From Vitrella brassicaformis CCMP3155 (lineage: Eukaryota > Protista > Chromerida), in contig CDMY01000496.1 in the NCBI GenBank assembly GCA_001179505.1, positions 1 to 64,000 on the forward strand: DNA of 64,000 nt, given 5' to 3'. Made by a program: the position numbers and the translations under genes. Below, piece by piece: positions 24,501 through 37,320 of the stretch (the first letter of the stretch is position 1; every line of letters begins with the position of its first letter). A model generated the notes under the pieces. That model searched no databases and was not told the DNA's origin. It worked only from the letters and a program-made list of their open reading frames with translations.

Positions 24501-26570
24501 AGAGGGCCGCCAGAAAGCGCGAGCAGAAGCGTCTCAAGGTGCCCTTCCAGTGGACCGCTGCACACATGGATACTGCATGTGTGTGTCATTGCCTTCAGCG
24601 ATTGGCGGCTGAACAGGCCGAGTCAGCGGCAGATGGCGAGATGGAGGAGGCCGACGACACACAGCACGAGACTGAAGAAGTAGATCAGGTGACGGAGGAA
24701 GCTGCTGCGCCGAGCTGCCCGCCAGACACACAGCGACAGGTGCAGACAGCCACCGACACTTCTACCCAATACCCCCATCTGCTGTCCTTCTGTGTGTGGC
24801 GCACAGTGTCGAGCCCGCCTTCTCTGACGCCCCGGGTGACCACCAGCAGCAGCGAAATGTCCTCAGCCAGAAGCCTCCAGCTGATGTCGGCCCTTCGGCA
24901 TTCGCTCCTCTTCCTCTCTCCCCTGCTCATGGCACATCAGCGAGCCATTCGTTCGCTGCCCAGCGGCCGTCCAGCTCATCGTAAGGCACTCAGAGGGGAC
25001 CCACCCACACACCGAGTGACTCGCTCTGTCGTGTGTGTGTGTGGGTCATCTATCCATCCGTCAGGTCCTCATTTGTCGACCCGCCGGCGTCATCGACGGT
25101 CAGCACGACGCCCGCCGACCGGCCCTCCTCCGCGCAGACGTCAACCCGACAAGACCAGTGACTCCCAAACATAGCCCCAATGTCAATGTGGTCTGTAGCT
25201 GTCAATGTGGCTGTGTGGCTGTGTGTATGCAGGTTCTGTCCGGCTGATGTGACGGCTCAGTTGCGGGCTGACCTGAACGGATGCATCGACAAGAAGGAGA
25301 GGTCAGACAACACACACAACACGGCCATGTGTGTCATACCAATGTGTTTTGTTCCGTGTGTGTGCAGTCTGGAGGATCAGTACAGGGATCTGTTGGCTGC
25401 CCGTCGGTGGGCGGCCGATCGCGTCAAGGAGCTCAAGACAAACATACGACGACTCGAATACGTCACTCCCAAGTGAGCGATACACACGAGGAGAGGGCCC
25501 CACACATTAGCTCCACTCTGTGTGCTGTTGATGCAGCCTTAGCCACGATGTGTTGGTGTCCCTCGCCACGGCTGCCGAAGTGCGTGAGTTTGAGGCAAAG
25601 ATCAGCCGCGAAGAGGTGCGGCTCGACGAGCTGCTGGTGGCCGCCGCCCAACATGCAATGCGGCTCCAGAGCGGCGCAATCAAACCCACAAAGGCACCCG
25701 CAGCCGAGCCGCAGAGCGCCTTAGGCGCAGCAGCTGCTGGGTCTGCCTCCACGCCGATGTCCACGGCTGAAGGGTGGGTGGGACGGAAGGAAGACGAACC
25801 GTCTATTCCCACGTCGGCGTCTTGTGTGCATCAATCAGGTGTGGCATGCCGGTATGTGGGGCGATGCGGGTGATGTTGAATGAATCGTCGACTGAGCATC
25901 AGCTGCTCGAGGCCATACAGCACATCCAATACGACATAGACCAGTAAGAGAGAACAGTCCCTATGGTAGTGGCCAGAAGGAAGCCATCCATCGCCCTTGA
26001 TCTGTCTGCCTGTCAGGTTGGAGGGTGACATCTCTCGGATGACGCACGAGCACAGCGAGATAGAGGCCTCACTACAGCCGCTCGAGCAAGAGCACCACAC
26101 ACTGCAGCACGAGGCAAAGAAACGGTCAGCAATTGCCCACCGATACACAAAGCCGGGCCGGGAATGCATCTCTCCGTCTGCCTGTCTGCCCATGGTCAGG
26201 CTGACCCCTGCTCGTCTGGAGTCGCTCAGCAGCGTGACAGCGGTGGAGGCCTTCCAGCGTGACATCAAGAGCGCCAAACAACAGCTGCGGGAGCTGTCCA
26301 AAGAGGCCACGATCCAGCGGACAATACTCGAGAAGGAGGGGGGCCGAGCGGCCAACAGTCGTATTCTTCCCATGTCAGCAGGTCAGTGGACACACACACG
26401 AATCGCATACCACCCTTGTCCGTGTGTGTGTGTGTGTGTGTGTGCAGAAGTGTCTGTGTGAGGGTTGCTGGCGTGACGTGGCGGCGCGACACGAGGCGGC
26501 CAAGAAGAAGAAGGCCCACCTGGGGGCGCTGCAGCGGCGAGTGCCTGACGACATTGCCCGTGACGCCTAG
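21579..26570 (+). CDS. Ankyrin-repeat protein with a duplicated N-terminal domain and a C-terminal coiled coil; two apparent 1-nt frameshifts
   Basis: DKTGSSLLHVAAANGWSGIVEWLLK and NKKNETPLDVA (ankyrin); TLLAYNADVD and SLVEYNADVK; EEEQARKEEERAARKREQKRLK and later heptad-rich exons; stop at 26570. Frame breaks at about 22194 and about 24315. Confidence 0.7.
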
Positions 26571-27634
26571 CTCAAGTGTCCGCTGTGCAACCAGGAGGCC
26601 CACTACGCCAGCACCGTCGACGGCATTCGAACAGCCACGTGAGCAGCAACAGACAGAGACAGCCGGTAGACCGACGTGTGCGTAGCTATAGCTCTCATGC
26701 GCCGATGGATGGCGCGGACTCAAATCAGTCAGTCAGTCATCGCTGTATGTGCAGATCCATACCTCTGGATATGGTGGCAGACAGACCTCTTTACTCGGCT
26801 GCATGGATGTCGTGAGTGAGGTGACGGACAGTGTGTGCATGGTTCCGGCGTGTGCGTGTGTGCCCTTTATTGTATGTGAATACCACTTTGCCACCGTCTC
26901 ACACACAGATGGTTTGAGAGAGAGACTGTCTGTCTGTATTGCGGACATACAAGGGTCGTTCAAACAAGACACACACCAATGTTGTGCCATCTTACGTGTC
27001 AAATCATCTCAAACCATTGATCCGCCCGTCCGTCGTAGCAGCAAGTTTGAGTAGCTAGGTGAAACGTTGCTCTGCTCGCGTTGCGCTGACCAGGCCGCTC
27101 CTCAGAAGTCCAGTGACAGCAACAACTGAACGATGAGACGAGACCGGCTGGTTGGTCTGGTGGACTATCTCCACCCCAACCGACCCGCACTACACACAGG
27201 ACAGATAAACACAGAGCGAAAAAACGACCGACCGACCGACCAATCAATCAATCAACCCATGCAGTTGAGCCACCCACCACCGTCTTTCGAAAAACACCGA
27301 AAGGAAACAAAGCTGATAGATGGGTAGCTTAAACAGGACAATAAGCATGCAATAGGGTACCGTGCCTGCGTACGTAGCCGTGTGCGTGTCCGCAACTGAT
27401 ACATTCACACACACACGCTCTCTCAATCGCAATCGAACGGGCCGGCAGGCAGGAAGTCAACACGTCAGTCGACCAAGACCCCACTGCAGTCAAATCAGTC
27501 AGAACGAAACGCCTTTTGTACGCCTTATCTTATAAGAAGTAGTACGCACCTGTACGCACCTTATAACTTACGTATCTAGCTCTCTCTCTCTCTCTGTGCC
27601 TGTCTGAGTGTGTATGTCTGCGTCCAATGCCTGC

Positions 27635-28638
27635 TCAGATCTTCGCGGCCATCTCCTCCTCCTCTCTGCTCTTGCCGTACAGCTGGGGCTTGATGTGTCC
27701 GTTGGCACCGTCGTCGCCCGGGGCCTTCCTGGGCAGCAGCACGTGCTTGTAAAGCAGAGGCAGCGACACTAGGATGATGGACAGGATCAGCGTCATCATC
27801 ACGATCTCGTTGACGGGGATGACAGCAACGCACACCTGACCAACACACACAATTAGTGGATGGGTGGATGGATTGATGGCGCGTCCCATACGTACCAGTA
27901 CGACCAGCATGATGGCCAGCCATATGGTTGAGCCGATGTGTCGCGCCCAGGGGGCGTACACCATGGTGTAGCACCCAATAGACGTAATGCACCGAAGCAT
28001 GCCGCTGGCCGATTCAACCGCACACGCAACACAAGCACAAGCGTGAATGTCCATCCATCCGTCCATCTGTGCAGTGTGTGTGTGTGTTGGTGCTGTGATG
28101 CTTACTTGGCCCATCCCGGCACAGGGTGGTCCTCGTGAGCGCCTCCCTCATCGATGGCGGGGATGCCCATGAGCCAGAGCATCACCCCACAGATGCCCGC
28201 CACCACTATCATCCCGATGTACCGGCGCCGCCCCTCTCGCGGCAGACTGGGCAGCTCGCTCACATAGAACTCCAGCCACACGGCCAGCGCACCCATCATC
28301 ACAGCCGCCACCAAGTAGAAGGCGATATCGTCAGGGTGGATGAACTTCTTGTTGTCGCCATCTGGGTCACGCATCAGCAGCACGGCCCATCCCAGTGCCT
28401 GCCCCAGGTTGAGGAGGGCGTGCATGCCCGTGATGGCCGCTGCCGCCTCCCACTCTCGGTATTGAGGGAAGGCGAGCGCGAGTGCGAAGAGGGCGCTGAG
28501 TGCGAGGAATACGGCGTGGAATGCCGCCCAGGGGGGAGGGGTGAGCGCACCGTTGACACACGCGAACACGATAAGAATGACCCCTACGGCCGCGCTGCAG
28601 CCGACGAAGGCCATGGGAGCCCCGCGCACAGAACCCAT
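27635..28638 (-). CDS. Polytopic (about 8 TM) membrane protein of unknown family; 3 exons
   Basis: ATG at 28638 (MGSVRGAPMAFVGCSAAVGVILIVF...). Spliced PGWA|NGMLRCITSIG...LVVL|VCVAVIPV...MAAKI*. About eight hydrophobic segments; high GC3. Confidence 0.75.
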
Positions 28639-28759
28639 TCTCACGTCGCGGGAAGAGAGACCGGAGAATGCGCAAAAAGATTGAGCAGTCTGCAAGCTCA
28701 GCTCACACCTTCTTTTTTGCGAGCTTTGAAGAAAGGAAAGACAGAAGCCCCCGTTTTGC

Positions 28760-30954
28760 ATGGGAGCTCATCTTTACCGGCCCCTGCCTGTTCACGAAAT
28801 GGTCAAATTACACGAAAAGCTGTGCCGCTGACATCATTTGATTCTCTGCCTTGTCTGTGCCTGTCTGTCTGTCTGTTGTGGCTGTGTTGTGCAGCCAACG
28901 GGCGGTCGGGATGTCGAATTTGTGCCGCAGTACAAAGGTGGGTATCTGTGCGACGAATAATGACAGACAGGGGGCGTCTTGATTTGTTGTGTGGTGACTG
29001 TCTGTGCTGTGTGTCGATGGTATTGATTTGCAGTGTGGCCGGGCAACAATCGATTCTACTGCGGAGGTGCGCATGATGCTTCGCAGACAGACAGACACTC
29101 ACGCAGACAGGCGGACAGGCAGACGGACAGGGCTGGACTGTGTTGTGTTGTGCGAGCAGGTCGTTGTGTGACTGGTCCTGAGCCGGGCTATCTTGCAGTG
29201 ACTGTCCTGCTCATACTGATCCCATCCGGCGGATTCTTCGTCACCGTGTAAGGGACAACAGCATTCACATACGCTCTCTCTCGGCTGCAGTGTATATATG
29301 TCTTGTGTGCTGCAGTGTTCCGTTGGTGTGTGGCCATGAGATGTGGTGGGTGATACTGCTGCCCATCGCCCCTCTCTTCCCCGCCACACTCGTGTTGCTG
29401 CTCGCTGCTGCATTCACTGAACCCGGCATGTAAGCTACAGCGCGTGAGGGTCTGTGTGGCTGGCCATATCTCCCATGTGTGTGTATCTATTGTGTAGTCT
29501 GCCGCGCCGCAATCCTCCGCCAGAGGAGATCCCCCAAACAAACGAAGGCAAGCCATCGATGGATGGATGGATGGATGGATGGAGGAGTGGATGTCTGTGT
29601 GTGTTGGTGGATTCAATGGGTCCATTGTGCAGCTCGGGAGAAGGAGGTGATCATCAACGGATGCTCAATCATTCTCAAGTGGTGCCGTAAGTCGACACAA
29701 CGGCCGCAAGATCGTCCACGTGTTATGCCATTTTTCTGTGTGTGTTGTGTCATCAGCGACGTGCAAGATTTGGCGCCCGCCCCGGTCGAAGCACTGCGTG
29801 TTCTGTGACAACTGCGTGCAGAGATTCGACCACCACTGCCCATGGTACTCACCATACACACACACACAATGCGCTAAGATAGCACAACGAGGCGTCATAT
29901 TTCTCTCTGTGTATTGTTTGTTGTAGGGTGTCGAATTGTGTGGGTCTTCGTAACTACCGGTTCTTTGTGTTGTTTGTGTTTTCGTGTACGCTCTGGGCAT
30001 TCTATGTCGTCGTCGTCGACGCATACGCACTCGTGGTACACACACACACACACGCAGGGACTGACACACATAGACCTGCCACACACAAACACCGTCTTTT
30101 TTGTGGGTGTGTGTGCGTGTGTGGATGGCTGGATGGCAGAGTTTGGCCTACGTCGGCCACCACATGTCTGTGCCGCTGCTCATCGACACCATGAAAGAAC
30201 ACCCAATATGGTGCGGACGGACCGACGGACACAATACACATTGTCTGTCTCTCTCACAGATGTGTGTGTGTGTGTATGATCACCGTGGCAGCACGTTGGT
30301 GTTGGTGTTTACTTTCTGCATGTTGTGTCCTCTGGTGAATCTGAGCATTTTCCACTGCTACCTCACGGCGAGAAACCTCACCACCAACGAAGAGGTACCA
30401 CACACACAAATGGACAGACAGACAGACGGAGACGGAGGAAGATGCCTGTGTGTGCGCGCGTCTATCTGAGCAGATAAAGGAGCTATATGGGCAGAAGAAT
30501 CCTTTCTCATTAGGTATCATGTGCACAGAGGAACCTGCTGTGGCGCACACACCGGGCATGCTACGCTGGCTGTCTGTCTGGCTATCTGCCGTCTTCGTGC
30601 AGGTCTTCGCGGCAACTGCAGGGAAGCTTTCTGTCTAGAGAGAGAACCAAGGTATGCACTCATACTCGAAACACCCGCAAGCACCCCCCACACGCACTCA
30701 TCTCTCTCTGTGTTATCTGCAGCAAGATTTTATGGCGGCAACCGGTGTGTGTGCCGACCTGCCCCCCTCTCCCAGCAACCCTGGTTGCGCCATCTCCATC
30801 CCCACGCACAGCAGGCTCCCACACATCAGCACGGTCACTGGCTGTCGTCACGCCGACCGAGAGGGGAGACCGGGACAGGCGAGAGAGGGAGCGTGTTGGT
30901 GTTGGTGCTGATGAGTGGCGTGTGGAGCAGATGGAGAGGGGGGAGGGCACTTGA
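28760..30954 (+). CDS. DHHC-type protein S-palmitoyltransferase (Erf2/ZDHHC9-like)
   Basis: [20 protein letters not shown]; [28 protein letters not shown]|[13 protein letters not shown]; [14 protein letters not shown] (TTxE motif); KNPFSLG. Confidence 0.95.
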
Positions 30955-31311
30955 CCTCACTGACATGTGTGATGTGGTCGATAGATATAGAGTGCCAGAC
31001 AGACAGACAGACAGACAAAGCTAAGTCAGGGCTTTTTTGCTCTCTTGTCTCTGTCTGTGTGTGTGTGTCTGTCTGTCTGTGTCTGTCTGTCTGTCTTGTG
31101 CGTGCGCAAGTAAGGTGAGATGGATGCAGACACGATGACACGATTGCATTAACTCACATTGTGACGACTGTCAAGGATCCCCCTGTCCATCGACCCACCC
31201 ACAGAGCGTCTCAGATGCCCTTGCACACACACTCGCGTAGACCATCCATCCATCCACCCAAACAGATCTATACATCCATGCGCCCCTCTGCGTGCCTCTC
31301 TCTGTCTTGTC

Positions 31312-32206
31312 TCACTCCATGCCCCCCTTTGTTGCATTGTTGTCCATGCCCATGTTGGCAAAGGCCGTCTCGATGTCGGGGGTGATGACCATCCGCTTCT
31401 GCACCGGACCTGATCCATGAGACACCCAAAACACACACGCGCACGTGTCAACCATCATGCATGTGCATCTGCATCAGCAGCTGCACACCATACCGAGAAA
31501 GGTGAGCTCAGAGCTGCCGACCACGCAGCCGACATCCTGGTGACATACACACACAGAGAGAGGGGGCAGCGACATGCTTGCGTCTGCGTCGTTTCGTTTC
31601 TTTTCGTTTCGTGTTGTGTTGTGTGCGCGTGCCTGTGCGAATTGGCATTCGGACCCCTGGTCGATGTTGAACAGGTGGTCGCCCAGCTGCAGCTTCACCC
31701 GGCCCGACTTGTATATCAACAACTTGCCTGTAGTGTGCACACACAGACGTGTATAAACATCCACCCACGCAGATCAGCCGATGGCGTTGTTTGCCGGTCG
31801 GTTTGCGCGGGTACCTAGTTTTCCCTCTGGTAGCTGGTCGATTGAAGAGCTCATGTAAGCCGGGGGCGGCTGCAGCTTGCTCTCCTCCTTCTTGCGACCT
31901 CCCTTGCGCGACGACGCATCTGTCCACAATCACACCAACCAACACACATGCACTCATCCACCCATCCATCCATCCATCCATCCATCCAGAATCTACCCAC
32001 CTGCCGCTGGCCTCTTGTCCTCCTCTGCACCATCCTGCTGTTGCTGCTGCAGCTCGTCGCTGTCTGCCGATGTAGGTGGCTGTGTTGCCGCCCGGCCAGC
32101 GGTGGACCTGTCCCTGTCGATGGCGGGCAGCCTGTTGGGGAACTGCATGATGAAGAAGTCACGGTCGTCGCTCCCGCCATACGCTGGCGGCAGCCTGACA
32201 CACACA

Positions 32207-32241
<35 letters not shown>

Positions 32242-33210
32242 GGCAATACATATCGGTGTCTGGCTCCTTGTGCGGATGTGCGTGTGCGTCTGTACATTGC
32301 GTCCATTTCGGCGTCTCTGTTGAAGAGGACTGCTGCATTGCGGTTCACCTCGTCCACATGCTTGACGGTGGGACGTTTGGCCGACACTCGAGGCTCATCT
32401 GCGGACGCCCTGCTCACCTGCAAACACACACAGGCATCCGGACACATGTGTGTGTATGTGTGCATGGGGGGTGTTGAAAAGCAGCTCACTCACTGGTTTC
32501 TCGCCGTCACTCTTGTCGGTTGCATCTCTCTCTCCCTGCTGCTGGTGGTGCTGCTGGTGGTCCTGTCCGTCCTCGTCTTCCCTCACCACAAATGGCAGGG
32601 TGGTTGGGGCATACACGCTGAACTCCCCGCCGGCCTCCGCCCAGCTAAGGTCCATCAAATCCTTGCTCTTCCCCTGCTGCTGCTGACCCTTGCTCCGCTT
32701 CTGCCGGTAATACTGCAGATGCGCCGCCCTCGCCCGGTCCCGCTGCTCGTCCCTCTCCTCCGCCGCCCTCCCCTCCCCCCTTTTCTGCTTCCCCCGTGCG
32801 GCGTCCTTCCTCTCTGCTGCCGTCCGCTGCTGCATCTGCATCGCTGCCGTCTGTCGGGACGCCTCACGCAACGCGGCAATAGCGGACGGCAGCGTGCCTG
32901 TTGCCTGCTGCTGCTCGACAGCAGCAGGGTCCACTCGCTGCCTCTGCAGACGGACATTGGGGGCGAAAACCTTGCTACGATGGGCGGGGGCCGATGAGCT
33001 GCTGATGCCCGTGACCATGCCGGGCGCAGCGGGGGATTCGTTGATGGAGCTCAGGCGGCCTGCTGGGCCGTCGACTGCGAGGGTTGGTGACGCGAATGGC
33101 CGGGAAGATGGTGCCGGTGGCGCGGTGGCCGGGCCGGCGGGGGATGGTTGACCTGCCGCTGATGCTGATGCCGCTGCTGATGCTTGTGCCTGTGGTTGAG
33201 GTCCTCCCAT
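31312..33210 (-). CDS. RPC4: RNA polymerase III subunit RPC4 (C53/POLR3D)
   Basis: FFIMQFPNRLP; GKLLIYKSGRVKLQLGDHLFNIDQGSECQFAQ; LG|PVQKRMVITPDIE; YAPTTLPF upstream. The start could instead be near 33340. Confidence 0.85.
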
Positions 33211-33650
33211 GAGGAAGCCGGAGCTGAGGAAGCGACGCGTCGACACTGAAAGAATCAACACACAATCCAACAGACGATGAGAGAATGCATCACGCCTGGG
33301 TGTGAGCAGGCGTGATATGACTTGACTTACCAGGTGCAGCATCTTCGGTTCGCTGGCCCTTGCCGGACTGCCGACGCGGACCACTCATCTATTCTATCGT
33401 CACTGATCAATCCTCCGTCACTCACACGATGAATGAGTCTCAACAACACTGTGATGTCAGGGTAGCCTGCTGCGGATTCGCGCGATTCGGCTCCTGCTTT
33501 TTTCTGTTCCCCTCATGCGAGCTGAAGCTCGCAGAGGAGCAGGGGAAAATCGCAAAAAAAGCCTCAGATGTGTGGACCGTCATGAGCAGCAGCATCCGCA
33601 TGACAAGATCACCAAAGATCTGTGCTGATACCGTGATGCATCTGACGAAA

Positions 33651-35511
33651 ATGGATCCTGCAGCAGCGTCCGCCTCGCCGCAGCCAACCAGGAGGAGGCG
33701 GCCCGCTCTGCGCATCTCACCCGCCCTTATTTTCATCGCGGCGTCGTCTCTTTTTCAGCGCGCCATCTCATCTTCCTCTTTCGCGCCCTCATCTGCCTCG
33801 TCTGCTTTTGTCAGGTCCTCCTCACTGCTGAGGCCCTCAAGGCAGCCTGCATTGCGGTGTACATCGTCCCTCGACACACACGTCGATATGCACCAACAGC
33901 CACAACAGCACCAACAGCAGCAGCAGCAGGAGGAGGCCAACCGACATTTGGTGGCCCCTCCACGAACAGACACAGCAGCCGACGTCGAGCAGCAGAGGGT
34001 CCAGCCCGAGGGCAAGACCTACACCTACCAGGGCCACGAGTGCTACTACCAAGAGCTGCCGCCACAGCCACAAGGGCGGCCCGAGACGACTGCAATGGTG
34101 ATGGTCCACGGTTTCGGAATCAACTCGTGCCATTTTGAGAAGAACGTCGAGGCATTGGCGAAGGCAGGGGTGCACGTGTACTGCCCGGATCTGCTGGGGT
34201 TTGGTCAGAGCGAGAAGCCTGTGAATGTGACGTATTGCAGCGAGCTGTGGGCTGGGCAGGTGGAGCATTTTATCGACACGGTGGTGAGGCGGCCGTGTGT
34301 GGTGGTCGGCAACTCCATCGGCGGGTGAGTGTTTCGCGGACGGTGTGTCTTCCTTCCTTGTTCCATTCGCACCTCTCTTCTGTCGTGTGCGGCGTGTGTG
34401 TTTACTCCTCAGGTACGTCGGTATGCAAGTTGCGGCAGACAGACCTGACGTCGTTTCAGGTGAGCACACAAGCGTCCGCACCACAGCTGCATATCCATCC
34501 ATCCATCCATCCATCCGTCCATGTGCATGAACAGGCCTTGCCCTGCTCAATTCTGCCGGTCGGTGGGGCGTGCTGAATCCGCTGGGTGTGGAGGTGCCAT
34601 TGCTGAGGTGGCGGCCGCTCGCCAACTGGCTGGGAAGGCTGCTCTTCAACAATGCGCGACAGCCGGAGCAAATCAGACAGACACTGGTGGGTCGCAAGAC
34701 AAGACACGCCGACATGAAGGGGGCGGGGCATTCATTTTGTTGTGTGTGCGTGCAGGAGCAGGTGTATGTCGACAAGAGTGCAGTGACCGACACACTCGTG
34801 CAGTCCATTCTGGAACCTGCACAAGGCGACGCAGCCGACGAAGCTGGTAACCATCCCCCCACCGCAACATACACACAGCACATGTGTCCCCATGAAGCTT
34901 CTGATTGTTCCTTTCTCTCGTGTGTCCAGGACCCGTGCTGTTTGGATCGCTCTTCGTCGCGCCCAAGGGCCGCTCGTGGCCCCAGCTGCTGGGCGGGCCT
35001 GACAACTATAAGGGGCCATTGCTGCTGCTGTGGGGGCAGCGGGACCCTTGGATCGTCCCTTTCTACGTGAGGACACCACACACACACATAGAGGGAGCGC
35101 TACACGGGTCCTTCCCATCTCCTCTGTGTGTGTCATTGCATTCAGGCTGACATGCTGCTCCAGATGCGTCCCGACTCGACCCTCCACTGGATCAACGCCG
35201 GCCACTGCCCCCACCACGAGCGGCCTGACAAGGTCAACAACCTCCTCATCGAGTGGATACAAAATGAGGTCACGCACGAGAGGGACGACCGCCACCAGCA
35301 ACACACATGGGGCGAAGCCGTGCTGGCAGCCAAGGACACAGACAGCCACAGTGGGCAGACGAGGATTGCGTTTGTGAAGCCCATCGATGGGGAGGGAGAG
35401 GAGAAAGAGGTGGAGGGAGAGGGGGAGATGGGCAGGAGGGAGGTTGCGAGCAAAATCAAGAGCAACAGGCGGCCGGTTGTGCGACGGACCGAATGGGAGT
35501 GGGAAATGTGA
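33651..35511 (+). CDS. Alpha/beta hydrolase (pheophytinase-like family) with a bipartite plastid-type presequence
   Basis: VMVHGFG oxyanion loop, PDLLGFGQSEKP, GNSIGG nucleophile elbow, LLWGQRDPWI acid, AGHCPHHERP catalytic His. N-terminal ALIFIAASSLF...SSAFVRSS then a Ser/Arg-rich stretch. Confidence 0.85.
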
Positions 35512-35678
35512 TACTGTCAGACAGGCAGACACGCAGGCAGACAGTCAGTCCAGGGCCTGTGGAGAGATGTGACAAAGCAAAGGAAGTGTGTGTCGTCTGC
35601 ACGTGTTTATCGTGTACTCGCATTGCTGCCATTTATTGAGAGTTTACACACGTAAACGGAATTCGGGGGATCATCGCA

Positions 35679-37283
35679 ATGATGGATGCGGACGTAGATG
35701 CAGCGGCCGATGCTGGTCCAGCTGGAGTTGCGGCCGATGGCATGGCTGGCGACGTCGGCTTTGATGACGTCTTTGATGAACCGCAGGATGGACAGCAGCA
35801 GCAGCAGGAACAGGGACAGGGCCAGCAGCAGCAGCAGAGGCAGCGACGCAGCACCAATGCATCCAATGTCAGTGCCGCGGCTGCAGCTGGTGGTGCTGGT
35901 GCCGGCCGCGGCAGAGGCAGACGGCGTAGCTCAGGTGAGCAACATGGATGGATGGATGGAAATTCAAAGTGGGACCCATCTATGCGCCTGTCGCCGTATC
36001 TCTGTGTGTCTGTGGCTATGGCTCAGTTGGTGGCCTTTCGGCGTTCGAGCAGGCGCGGCTACAGGGGGTATTACACAATCACACAGACGACAACAACAGG
36101 GGGTATCTGTCCCTCAGTGCTGTCTGTCTGTCTGTGTGTATCGATGGATGAAATGGATGGATGCAGACACAGCTGCGTCAGACGGGCACGCAAGGCCGTG
36201 GGGTTGGTGGTGGGGGTGGGGGCGGCTCGCCCGATGGCGGGGGAGGGGGAGGGGGAGATGGTGGGGACGATGACATGGACATGGACATGGGCGACGAGAA
36301 TGACCCTAACGTCTACAACAAAGGTACGCATCGGTGGATGGGCGGGAGAGAGCTGCTGATGGTGTGGGTGTGGGTTGATGTGGTCAGGTGGTCCGATGCG
36401 CGTCCATGTGGTGCGGCGGTTTGAGGACTTCTGGAACACATACGGCGAGGGCAACGCCGACGACGATGTCCAGATGGTACTCACACACGTGCACACATGC
36501 GTTGTAGGGAGTGCGTGTGTGGATGTTCGGTGCTCTTTGTTTGTGTGTTGTGTAGGTCGATGGGGCCGAGGGTGACGTAGAGGTGTCGTACTACGAGAGG
36601 AAGCTGCGGGAGCACCTCATCACGACACCCGGCAAATCGGGGTGCGTCGGGCGGCTGGGGGCATGGGGGCTATGTCCATGTGTGTGTTTGTGCAGGTTTG
36701 GCGTAGATCTGTCGCACATCGAGGGCACAGACATGACCCTCTACAAGTAAGTCTTACCCCTGACATGAGCTCTGTCAACCCAGGATGCACAGACTGATAC
36801 CCTCTTTCTTTCTCCTTTGTGTGCAGGTGGTTTGAGCATTTCCCGCGTGCCGTCATCCCAGAGATCGACGCCGTCCTGGACCAGGAAAGAAAAATCAGAA
36901 AGCACCAACAGATCCATCCATCCATCCATCCATACACACGTGTGTGATTGTTGTGTGTGTGTGCAGAAGGTGAGGGCGGCGTGTGACGACCTGGCCATGG
37001 AGGAGGAGCCCGCACCCAGAATCGTAAGACGCACACACGCATCCACACACACATGCATGGCCACCACACGCGTGTGTTGGATCAGCTGCACCCGTTCAAC
37101 TTGTCGGTCAAGTCGCACATCCGCAGCCTCGACCCCTCGCACATCGACTCACTCGTCGCACTCAAAGGTGCAACATGCGCACTGACGGCCACACACACAC
37201 AGAGAGTGCGAGTATGGGCGTCTTTTGGCTGTAGGGATTGTGATTCGCACTTCTGAGCTGATCCCAGAGATGACCTGCGTACA

Positions 37284-37320
<37 letters not shown>

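Noticed and set aside
31948-35087. Long ORFs 31948-32997 (+) and 33837-35087 (-)
   Set aside because: Antisense shadows of RPC4 and the hydrolase that read through microsatellite introns.
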